From assembly GCF_000150275.1 (NCBI RefSeq), contig NW_002060961.1:62001-126000 (forward strand): a stretch of DNA of 64,000 nt. Reading direction: 5' to 3'. This DNA comes from Trichoplax adhaerens. Its lineage: Eukaryota > Animalia > Placozoa. Of this stretch, positions 1-11,178 are shown piece by piece. Every line of letters starts with the position of its first letter. Position 1 is the first letter of the stretch. A program made the translations under genes and the position numbers. Under the pieces are notes generated by a model. The model did no database searches, had not been told where the DNA came from, and was given only the letters and a program-made list of their open reading frames with translations.

Positions 1-1714
1 TGTCTAGACAATAGACCGGATCTTAACTTTAATGTAAGCAATGGTAAAATAATAGTATTGCTAGCAAACACTGACTATTTTTTTTATATCTGGTTGTAAT
101 TGGCATTTATAAATTCTTACAAGGTTGATCGTTATTCAGTCATCACTACCGATTTTAAATATGCTCGTATTTGTTGGAGAAACTTGCATCTCATCTCCTA
201 ACCCTTTGTTATCACTATCCTGCGGCTTTTTAGCTGTTCCAAATTTTATCTGTAATGAAGTTCATTATTAAATATAGCAATAAAATTAAATTTAAGCTAT
301 GTATAACTATCTTAATTATTGATGCTTTAATCCTTTTCTAACTCTTTCAAATATTGTTCCTTTTTTATTTTACTCATTCAGAGTTGGATTACCAAAAAAA
401 TCACTTCTACTGAACGACTACAAGTTGAAATTACCATTTCAGTAACTATCAAAAATAGTCAATATTCCTAAAGTGTAAGTTAATCGAATACTAATGATAT
501 AAATCTAATGCCTGTGTTTCCTTATAAATTGTCCTCATTGTCTATTTGATCACACCTAGTATGGTAGGTTATCGTTAGTGGTTTAGTCTTATTTCACAGT
601 TAACTAATTTCTTGCATATCATAATTTTAATGCAATTATGAAACACTTGCTTATTATGTGATCTTCATCCTATCCGATTTATAACATAGTAATTTTGATA
701 TTGCTAAATATTTTAATAATTGATAAGATTATAACTGAACTGTTTTATTGTGTAAGTACTGAACAACATTTTTGATATCTTCCATTGCAATTTAGAATAT
801 TGTCGAAATAGTTTGTTAATGTAATAGCAGAGTATATAAAATGCTAATAAAATTACAAATAATCAGTTGCATTATTCTCTAGAGTAACTTGTTACATCAG
901 TGGACGTTGATAGTGCAATAGAGATGCTAATATTCTGTACCATATTACTGAAAATATAGTTAAACTTCGTTGTGTATTTTCCTGAAATTAAATACGTGAT
1001 ACCGAAAAGAGTAGTTTAAGAAATTTTTTCAGTAACTAAGAAATGATAAGAGTATTCATAATTTAAATGTACCCGAGATTTGGTTTAGTCAAGTTATTAT
1101 TTTCATCTTTAGTGCTAACTGTATCATCAGGTCTGTTTGCAATCTTAATTTTACTTAAGGCGTGTAGAACTGTGTAGTACTTGTGTACAGTATCTTCTTA
1201 GCTTCGGTTTATTCTGTAGACTAATTTATTTTTTTTATTTGACAAATATATTCCATTAGATATTGATATTTAGTGATCAGATAAGGGTGATTTTATCTGT
1301 TACGTGATGCATCATCGTGTACTAACTTAAGTTGCACGAAGCTTACTGTAACATTTTTTCTTCTGTCGCAGTATCTATATAATAATAACTATGTGTTTAA
1401 CTAATCTAGGTGCAGAGCGGAAAATATAACGCTTAAATTTGTCCTCCAATAATTGATTTAATTTAACGGTGCATCTAAAATCCGGTGAGAGAGATTCATA
1501 GTTAATGAAGATACTTGTTTATCATCCAGGAAGATACTTTATAAATTGCAATTCTGTAAGTACTAATATATTCTCTATTTGCAGAGTATTTGAAGCGAAG
1601 TATCCGTTCCAGGATCGTTATAACATAAAGAGTATCAATCAGTTCTGCCTTAACTTATTTTTCTTTACCGATTTGATTGTTGCAAATCATCAAAAGCTTT
1701 AACGTTATAACATC

Positions 1715-2752
1715 ATGAGCAATAATACTGTTGCCAATCCGCCTGAGATAATATATCCTTTAAATGGCTTTGACATTGGCTTTCTAGTTATGTGTGGTTT
1801 AACGTTAATAACCAACGTTGTTGGTTTAATAATATTGATATCAGGCAGGCAACGCTTGAAGGGTCCTTCCTATAACATTTTAATTAGTTCTTATGTATCC
1901 TGCATACTTGTGGCCATATGGTATGAAATTTTCGACGTACTGGTGCAAAAACAAGTTCCCAATGTCTATATCAGAGGCCTTATTTGCAACTTTGGCGGCT
2001 CTGGTAGTATGGCATTAATGGCAAATATTAATCTGCACCTTTGCTTGATTAGTGCTGAGCGATATGTTTTTGTCATGTATCCATTTAATTATCATAAGAT
2101 TGTCAATCGCCTCAATGTGATTATTGCTCTAGTGGCGGTTTGGTTATTACCTATCTTCGTGATGATGGGTTCATTCTTTTATCGTGAAATCAGCCTTACT
2201 CAATGTACTTTTAGAATTGTTCAGCCTCGTCAAATAGTTATAAACGATGCTATCTGCCTTACTATCACATTGGGGTTACTGTATTTCATTCCCTTGTTTA
2301 CCATTGTTACTGTTTACGTACGTATATTTGTCCTAATTCAATCTCATGGCTCTCGCGGACAACAAACAGAGAGCAAGGATCGCGCCCGTTTAGCAAAAAA
2401 TAGCAAAGCAATTCGACAAATGGTGATTTTAATTGGCGTATTTTTTATCTGTTGGACCCCTTTCGCGATATGTAGTCTTTGCTTTTTGTGGATTTCGGCA
2501 TATATTAATCAAAGCCTCTTTCTTGCTCAATATAACATGGCATGGGCAGTATTTGTACTACGTTATCTTGCTTACTGTTATCCACTATTCCATCCAGTTC
2601 TGTATTGCTATTTTAATGCTCACATCAAATTGGAAGCTTTGCGCATTTACTACAAGTTAATTGGTAAGGAAGAAGCTTACAGGCGGCTGTTGCATACCAT
2701 GCATGGCACAACATCGTTTTATATGGAAAGAAAATCGACAACCACAATGTAA
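1715..2752 (+). CDS. Rhodopsin-like (class A) 7TM GPCR, single coding exon, 345 aa
   Basis: Seven hydrophobic segments. TM3 ISAERY (E/DRY), TM4 W..P, TM5 YFIP...Y, TM6 FFICWTPF, TM7 HPVLY (NPxxY variant). N-terminal NNT sequon; TM3 and ECL2 cysteines. Confidence 0.92.
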   Translation: MSNNTVANPPEIIYPLNGFDIGFLVMCGLTLITNVVGLIILISGRQRLKGPSYNILISSYVSCILVAIWYEIFDVLVQKQVPNVYIRGLICNFGGSGSMALMANINLHLCLISAERYVFVMYPFNYHKIVNRLNVIIALVAVWLLPIFVMMGSFFYREISLTQCTFRIVQPRQIVINDAICLTITLGLLYFIPLFTIVTVYVRIFVLIQSHGSRGQQTESKDRARLAKNSKAIRQMVILIGVFFICWTPFAICSLCFLWISAYINQSLFLAQYNMAWAVFVLRYLAYCYPLFHPVLYCYFNAHIKLEALRIYYKLIGKEEAYRRLLHTMHGTTSFYMERKSTTTM

Positions 2753-4289
2753 TGGCCTGCCTAATGTTATCGTTGCAAGGAAAGGCGTTTTTGTTTATTA
2801 TAGAAAGGAGTTAGTGTAACAAGTATAAATTAAATTTTGCGTCATAGCTGTCTGTATAAGAAATTGTGACTCCGCCATAAAAACGATATTTCAGTTATTC
2901 CATACAAACCTTATTATATACGACAATGTAAATGTAACCGTAGTGTTGTGGATATGAATATCATACAACTCATTTATTTAAGAGTTTTATTTTATTGTAA
3001 TTGTTTTTTCCAAAATTTAGAAATGTAGAAATAGATTTATTATAACGGTGATAATATTATATCAATTACATCATTTTTTTGGACATTGTAAGATCAAAAG
3101 TATCTAAAAAATATTATGTCTATTCTTAATGTTTTAGTCGCTAGTTGATATAATCAAGGGAAATTAAATACGATGAGTGCGCTGTGAAGCCAAAGAAAGT
3201 CTAAAGATTAAGATTGACGGATATTGGATTCAATATTTTTAGCTTTACTACAGTATACTGAGCCAAGCTGAAATTTTGTGAAAGTTCAATTTGACTTTAT
3301 GATATTGTTATCTTCAATTTCAGCTATTAAATTGTTAATTTTGCTAACCAATATTGTGCTGATTTATGAAATTCAACCATCTGTTATTCTATTTAATGAT
3401 GTTCCGGGTGCTATTCGTTATTATTTTACTTTTGTTTTATCATCATGCTAACATTGTATTGTCGTCATTTAGTATTAAATAATAACATTTCTAGAATGGT
3501 AGTTTTTGCTTATTGTAAATAGTAAATCAATAAGATAAACAGTAGATAAGGTATACAATCATACTCTTAGTTGTATGATCATCTATGTCTAGAATATCTG
3601 TGTGAATCAATAGCGGTATTCATAATACCCGTGGAAAATAAAGCCGCTATGTGATAAACATTATGATAATCCTTACGCAGTCCGATTCACTATTAGCGTG
3701 CATGAAGATTGCACTTATTGTAATGATGTGATTGAATTATAATCCGCTTAGGTTACCATTTAACACATATCTTGAATGCAATTTGTACTCATCTGTGGGT
3801 TAATTTCTTAAACTATTTAATATACTTTGAAATTGTATGGACGTGCAGTGGATTCCTGGCATTTCCTTGTTGTAGTCGTTTTAATTTTAACGCAGATGAA
3901 AAATTCTATGAATGGGTTTGAAAACGATCTAACTTTAATTGTAATACCTCGATGTAAAGATCTTGCTTTTGTTATTGTCTTTATACAAGTATATATCATT
4001 CGTGTTCTCTTAGCCATAAATTCTGCGTTGGTGGCACGATATCTACATGTTCAGTTTATTCGTAAACTACTTGAACTATTTTAGGCTTCATTATAATCAT
4101 CTTTGCAAGCAATCTGCTTAACAGAAATTTATCATGACGTAATCCTTTTTTATTTAAAACTTTTTAATTTAAAAAAAAGGGATTTTATAGAAATAGGATT
4201 ATGCACAAATAACATTATTGTAACGTACAGGTATGTAATTGACTGCTATGTCATAATATCGTAAAAATCCAATAAACACGTAGTCGTGA

Positions 4290-5400
4290 AATGGAAGGAT
4301 ATTTGATAACCCTTAATTATATTCATAATGTATCAAAATAAGTTTCATTGAACAAAATAGATACTAGAAGAGGCAGAGTGGCCATTGAGATACTCTAGTG
4401 CTGATCTTTACGAATCACTTAATTTATTTGCCTGCTACAGTTTTTGGCTAGCTGTATTCGACCATGAATACCATCTATTTTTACAGTACTACCAGGGATT
4501 ACTATAGCAAAAGAAGAGATCGAATGAAATTGAAGGATATTTGCAACTACTGATTGTATTAGAATGCAATAATTTAGTAAAATACGAGAAGAGGTAGTGT
4601 GGTAATTTAATTTCTATACTGTCGTTATGAACCTTAACGAATCATTTTAATTTATTTCGCTGCTGTAGCTTCTGGTTACCTACATTCGACCATGAATACC
4701 ATCTGTTTTTACAAAACTATCAGGAACTACTGTACTGAAATAAGACTGGCTGAGTAAAATACTAGAAGAGGTAGCGTGGCGATTTACTTACTCTAGTTGC
4801 TCGCCTTAACGAATCGCTGAATTTATTTCGCTATTGCAGTCTTTAGTTTACTACATTCGACCATAAAAACCCTCTATTTTACGGTACTAGAAGAGGTCAA
4901 ATGAAATTGAAGGATATTCGTTACCCTTGACTTTATTAGAACGCACCTGATTGAGTAAAATATTAGAAGGGTTCGCGTAGCAATTTAGTTGCTATAGCTA
5001 CGAGCTTTAACGAAGCATTAAATTATTTCACTTCTGTAGCTTTTGGTTAGCTACATTCGATCATGAATATTATCTCTTATACAGTACTATACTATCGAGA
5101 ACTAATAAGAGAAGAAGAAGAGATTAAATGAAATTGAAGAATACTTGTAATCCTTGATTGTATTAGAATGCGACTGACTAAACAAAATACTAGAAGGAGT
5201 GGCCTGGCGATTTAGTTACTCTAGTTGGTCGCGTTAACGAATTATTCAATTTATTTCGCCTCTGCAGTTTTTGGTTAGCTGTATTCGACGATAACTACCA
5301 TCTATTTTACGATATTGTCAAGGGCTATAAAAGAAGAGAAAGAAAAGGTCATAAAATTGAAAGATACTGGTAATCCTCGATTGTATTAGAATGCATCCGA
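4290..5400. repeat. Degenerate tandem repeat, about 5 units of ~180-225 bp
   Basis: Recurring blocks aatactagaagagg, ttaacgaatc..aatttatttcgc, tacattcgaccatgaataccatct and aaattgaaggata..ttgattgtattagaatgc, with units starting near 4360, 4580, 4757, 4959 and 5185. Confidence 0.85.
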
Positions 5401-5585
5401 TTAATAGGTACTTAAGCCGCTTTGATGAAGATAATAGTAATTTAGCGTACAGTTCGAAACTGACGTACGGGATGGGATGTATGATTATATCGAGGATTTT
5501 CTAACCTTAAAAACAGCTGAAGAGCTTCAAATACATAAGTTAGAAAAATTTAAGAAAGAAATATTTTTGATTGAAATCTAACATC

Positions 5586-5828
5586 TGTACTTTTAAGGTA
5601 ATCATTGACAGATCGTTAAATATAAAAAATCCATATTTGTTATCGACGGTATAATTTCAATCTATCTCGAAGGAGTGCTATTGGCACGATTTAGCGTCGT
5701 TTTGTGCCATTTTGCAAGAAAATTTTGCCAATCGCACCCCTTCGATATCGAATTAAACGACATTGTCGATATCAAATTTGGATTATTTTTCGCTTAACAA
5801 TCAGGTCAACGATGCCTTAAAAAGTAGA
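5586..5828. repeat. Long imperfect inverted repeat (foldback/MITE-like)
   Basis: Arms of ~105-110 nt: tacttttaagg..tgac..aatcca..tatcgac..tcgaagg.gtgc.attggca pairs with tgccaatcgcaccccttcga..gtcgata..tggatt..gtcaac..ccttaaaaagta. Short central spacer. Confidence 0.85.
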
Positions 5829-6055
5829 AGACAAGATGATTTTACATGATCACATACACACATATTATGAATGCGAGGTAGTATACCAGTATAAAATACT
5901 TCTAAAAGACTACCTACTAAGATGTCTACCATTATGCAAATGAGCTCGTGATGCCATTTTGAGAATATGCAATTCTAGATGTAACAGAGCGGAGAGAGGA
6001 GTAAATTCTTAGGAATAGGTAAAATCAGTTAACAAGTTTGCACTTCCTTCTTTAG

Positions 6056-9000
6056 ATCTATCTTTGGATCAGTAGTATGGAAAACTGAAGAGCTTTCCTT
6101 GCTATGCCTTTGCATTGATAATTAATATATAATGCATCACCCTATCTTTAGGTAATATAGATTGATGAATCGAAAATTTGATTTCAATCAGATCCTATTG
6201 CGATGACAGTTTGTGTGTAGCAAACACGTTAGCTGTCCACACCTATCTTGGGAGGCTACTTACGGGATGATGAAACAAATTTTATAGGAGTAATGGTAAG
6301 TCTCACACAATAATTGCTTCTATGTTACGGCATAACGTTAAAGGTAGACACAGATAGATAGCTATAATAGCTCACGTTTTATTGTCATGCTCTATGATTA
6401 CTTGTTTAATTCAATAAAAGTACTGTATAGAAGTAAAGGAACTGTTAATAGCAGCTTACGTAGGTTTTCTTTATGAACTTTGATGCAATCATTTCTCGAT
6501 AAAGCATTATTTTCAAGTCTTAAAACTAAGCGACGAATCCCTGCTAAAGAATGCTTAACTATATTACTATATAAATTTTTATTCTGTATTTAATATATTA
6601 CTTACCGTCTACGTAGTCATTTACAAGCTATTGCTGTTACATAGACAGTAATGATAAATGTAACATTTAATTTTAAATTCTTATTCTCTGCATGTGTCTT
6701 ATCTCAATGATATAAATACTGATGATTTTCCCCTCAGGTATTGTTAATTATAATGATTACAGTGCCGATATGCCGTCATTTTCTTATTTTGGCCTACTGT
6801 TGCGGATATCATTAGCGAAGCATTGGTAGAATATAAAATGATCGAAGGAAATGATTCTGTTCCTATTTCAGTTTTTTATCAGCATACTCAATGCTACTGT
6901 TTATTTCTTCCTTTCGACCTTAAATCGATGAAAATGTCCTTGATAGTGTCGTGTACGATCAATTATTACGTTATCGAAGAGGTTCAGATTTCTTGTTTCA
7001 TGAAGGTAACCCATTTGAATGTATTCTTTTCCTAATAAAGATACAGCATCATAGAATTTATAGCTATTAATGATATATCATTTTTATCGTATTACTGTAT
7101 ACCCTTAGAAGTGGTTTTCATTTAGATAGTATTTCCTTTTCGGTGTATGGATCTAGTAGATCATTTTCGTTTATCATTTTATGTAGCATATATACCATTA
7201 TATCAACAAAAACTATCATGAGAGTTAAGCAATATTAGCAGTCCAATCCTGTTCCTATACTGTGTGCGCTTTACAGTACAGTATAACACAAGTAACGAAC
7301 TATAAATCGGTATAGAAAATGACTTATAAAAAAGATTGTGTATGCGTTCACATTACAGTACATACTATTAGAGAAAATATTAGTTGATCTATCTTTATCT
7401 AGTTCTAGATGAAAGTCATTGCCAGCTTAATTTATAATTAATTTTTAGAAAACATTATTACTGAAAAGAAGTTACAGGCTATGTCGAATAAAACTGGGAT
7501 GAGTAATCATATGGAAAAGGCCTATTGTACGCTTTCAGAAATAATTCCAGGTAAAATTAGTATTAGTAAATCGACCAAAACTAAGACTTTTAGAGAATCA
7601 TCTTGTATCAAGTTATTATGTATCGATTATTTCAAATTCTATTTCCGATACCTAAGAAATAGCATACATTACTACTAAATATTATCTTAGACAAAATATT
7701 AATTAACCTATCATTATCTAGTCCTGAATTAAAATCAGCGTCAACTTAATTTATAATTAATTTGTAGAAAACATCAATACCGACAAGAAAATAAAGACAG
7801 ATTCGTATAAAATTGTGACGAATAGCTATCAGGAAAAGCCCAATCGTCTATTTCCAGGAATGATTCCAGGTGAAAATTAGTATACCCAAATCGACTAAAA
7901 TCGAGATTTTTTGGAAGGTCATCCTGTATCCAAGAACCATATATCTATAAATTCAAGACAATCTGTGCCACAGAAATATTATTTAATAGTTTTTGCCAGT
8001 AACCGATTATAGGAGAAATTATTTAGGTCAAATTTGTTACAGTAAATTATGTGCTGTTATGGAATAAAATTCTTATATAGTAATCGACATCAATTAATTG
8101 CAATGAGAATCATTATAGTTTTAACTGGTTACAGTAAATATTATTCTGTACTGCTATAAAATTAGATTATATGAGATTAATGTCAATGTTAATCTAATAC
8201 TAATTGTTCACATTAAAATATTAATATTTTCCACGATGTATTATTTCATATTTTACAACTTTAAGTGGGTATCCGTAAGCAATAAAACTTTGTCGACGGA
8301 ATAAAAATCAAGTCATAGCGATTTCTGAAATACCGGAGCTATTAGTGGCTATACCTAAATAGAGCTTAACTGATGATATTTTAACTACCTGAACAGTTTT
8401 TTATGCAGATCCCCCTTACACTCATGAATTAGTACGAGAACACGATGATAATCACTTGATTTATTTATCACCTGTGATAAGACTTGAACCTGATGGCTAC
8501 CAATTTATGTCTCATCCATCTTTTCATGCTATTTTACAGATACTAATTTATGGTAGCAATGAGTTATTTCAGTATTTTTCAATTAATTGCCTTCAAGATT
8601 TACAATTAGAATTAGCTCAACGAAACGTAACTGATGAAAATTGGACAATTCAAAGTATCGAAAAGGAATGGATATCCGTATCTGCTCGAGATGATAAATA
8701 TCTTATTGCTATTCCTATCTATCATTTCTCAGACTATGCTATCTATTTTAAATCAGCATTTTCCTATCTTTGCCAAGCGGATATTTCCATCCTATCAGCA
8801 AGAAGTTACTGCTGTGGCTTATTTATCTAAAATCGATCCCCAATTTAAATACAGCTCATTTAAAGATTATTTTAATGAAAAATAATCTAGATAAAGACAG
8901 AATAAGTTAGAAAATATCTAACGGTTTCGACGATACAAAATTATCTCATTGTGGGCTAGAAGAGGCGATTTTAGAGAATGGCCATTATCAAGTCAAATTT

Positions 9001-9249
9001 ATTAGTGGTGGCCTTCGTTGTATGCATATTGAATTGAAAGAAAAGACCACCCGAATCAATCAGAATGAAAAAAATTGTTATTACTTTGGTTATATCTGTA
9101 ATGTTGTAATCCCAATCTATCAATTAGCTGGCGTAGCCTTTTTGATTATAACTCCCATTGGTAATCAGAATGACAAAAATCCAAAATCGTTATCGTTAAT
9201 GAAGTTAAGAATAGAATGGGAAAGGTTTATGGATAGCATATACCAATGA
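6056..9249 (+). pseudogene. Putative decayed multi-exon gene, product uncertain
   Basis: Exon-like blocks bounded by pyrimidine-AG and GT sites (~6056-6150, 6192-6295, 6738-7005, 8410-9249). Overlapping frameshifted ORF pieces 8456-8830, 8634-8885 and 9022-9249 have protein-like composition. Confidence 0.3.
7360..7935. repeat. Direct duplication of a ~250-300 bp segment
   Basis: cttaatttataattaattt.tagaaaacat, ggaaaagg/gcc, attccaggt.aaattagtat and aaatcgac.aaaa each occur near 7425-7600 and again near 7745-7920. Confidence 0.75.
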
Positions 9250-9562
9250 CGCTTGCATCCGATGAATTCCACTGGTACCATAGGTATATTGCAAGGACTT
9301 GAAATAGTTGGACTTGTTTTGGATAATTAATCAATATATGTTGTAATTAAGAAATACGTTTTGTTGTAACTGAATATTGGATGGAATACAATATTGTAAT
9401 GACATAAATCATTACCGCATTAACTTGTAGGCACTATGTGTAGCCAGAATTACGCTATCGCCTTAATAATTATAAGTTAAGTAATTGAAATTAAACACGT
9501 CCACATCGAATAGTAGAATCGTAAAGTGAAGAAGCGACTACATAATAGCTGCTTTGTGTGAA

Positions 9563-10118
9563 GTTAGTTCAGCTAGTCAAGTTGGCTAGTGAGTTAGTTG
9601 CTGAACAAGTTAGTGGTTAGAAAAGCGAGTTTATGCTAGTTGAAGGATTTGTCAAATAAAAATTTTCTATTCTATCGTACGCTGCAGTACTTATTGAAGA
9701 ACTAACTAGTATGCCTCTGCTGTTGAGCTAATTTATCAACAAAGTTTACAAGTTTATAGCAAACAGACACTAGTAAATTAACCCAAGCCAAACATGTTAG
9801 CAAGCTCCAGGCAAATTGTGCTGCTGCTATATTGTTGTCACACACCACTAGTGACAAAGTAGTCTACACACGCCAATCCTTGCGGAGAACGCCACTTACT
9901 AACTTGAAGAGGCGAGATTAGCTATATCACCAAATAATTCAGTTCCAACGACCGAATACTATGGTATAATTATAGCGTCACAGATAGTGTAGACGAGATA
10001 GTCAGAGATTTACTATCATTTATTACTTAAGGAATCTTAGCACCCAAGATTATAGTCTTTAGAATTAAATATCAATTGATCAACTAGTTGACTATCTAAC
10101 CGACTAACTAACTAAAAA
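9563..10118. mobile_element. Non-autonomous dispersed element with degenerate (TTAG/CTAA)-rich terminal inverted repeats, copy A
   Basis: Left end ttagttcagctagtcaagttggctagtgagttagttg is a degenerate reverse complement of right end caactagttgactatctaaccgactaactaactaa. Segment 9835-10118 recurs at 27082-27327. No transposase ORF. Confidence 0.65.
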
Positions 10119-11178
10119 AGGGATCTTCAATTGTATACGAGTATTGTTGATGTGGTATTGAATATCAACTTGGATCATCCAAAATCATTAAAATACAGAG
10201 TATAATATTTTAGTTTCGTTGAAGAATTTGAGCTATTTAACGAAGCTATTCGATAAGTTATCGTTGTCAACATGCTGTATAAAAGTAAATTAGACATTAA
10301 TTCAAAAGTTGATTGATAACATTGCTTAATAGGTAGTGATTATGTATTGGAGGGAAATGAAGCAAGAGAATTAAGCAAAACTATGCAGTTTATTATTCCA
10401 CTTGCTAGCCAAAGTAGAAAACAAGACAAAAAATATCGTAGAGCAGCACGGATTAAGGTGACGAGATAATAATTGTGTGCCAAAGTTATATTCTGCTCTA
10501 TATTGCAAATACTTTCTTGAAAGTAATTCGATTGCAATCATAAGGTAGGTAAATTATAGTAATCCCCAAACAAGTAGATAAAGAATTGCATCACAAGACA
10601 GATAGTTGCCTTTATGCACATGTTATAAAACTCATATAATACTATTATAGCAATAGATAATTCAACAAATACCAATGCGGCAATGTCCCGTAATTCTATA
10701 GCAAATAATATTTTAACAATACAGCAGCAGGAACTTCTAAAACTAATACATTGGGACTTGGAAGTCCCTGACAGCAGCATGCCAAAATGGTATATTATCA
10801 ACGATAGTGCACTATAGTACGTAGTATTACTTGATTTATAAGCTATCATGTTACCACTATATCGATAAAATACTCAAAAATTTTATACCAAGTCCACTTT
10901 GACACTGTCCTTTTAATGAATAACGATAAACTACGAGATAGACTATCCTTGTAGCAGTATGAGTTCTCTCATCCTTCTCTGTAGATAACGCAAGAAAGTC
11001 TTTCTTAAGCAGATTTCATAGAAATGGATGCAGACTAGCGAATGATCCAACTTTCAAATATTCTTAATTAGGATAAACGATTAGTAAATTGCAAATAATG
11101 AATAAAGACATACTGTCTGCGAAAGTTTAACTCCGGTCAAAGATCGATTGTTGGACTTACCTTATCATACTAAAGAGT

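Noticed and set aside
136-450. Possible minus-strand terminal exon (IKFGTAKKPQDSDNKG...IGSDD*)
   Set aside because: No in-frame upstream exon could be joined and no recognisable homology was seen.
1715-2752. Possible opsin
   Set aside because: Position 7.43 is Tyr, not the retinal-binding Lys.
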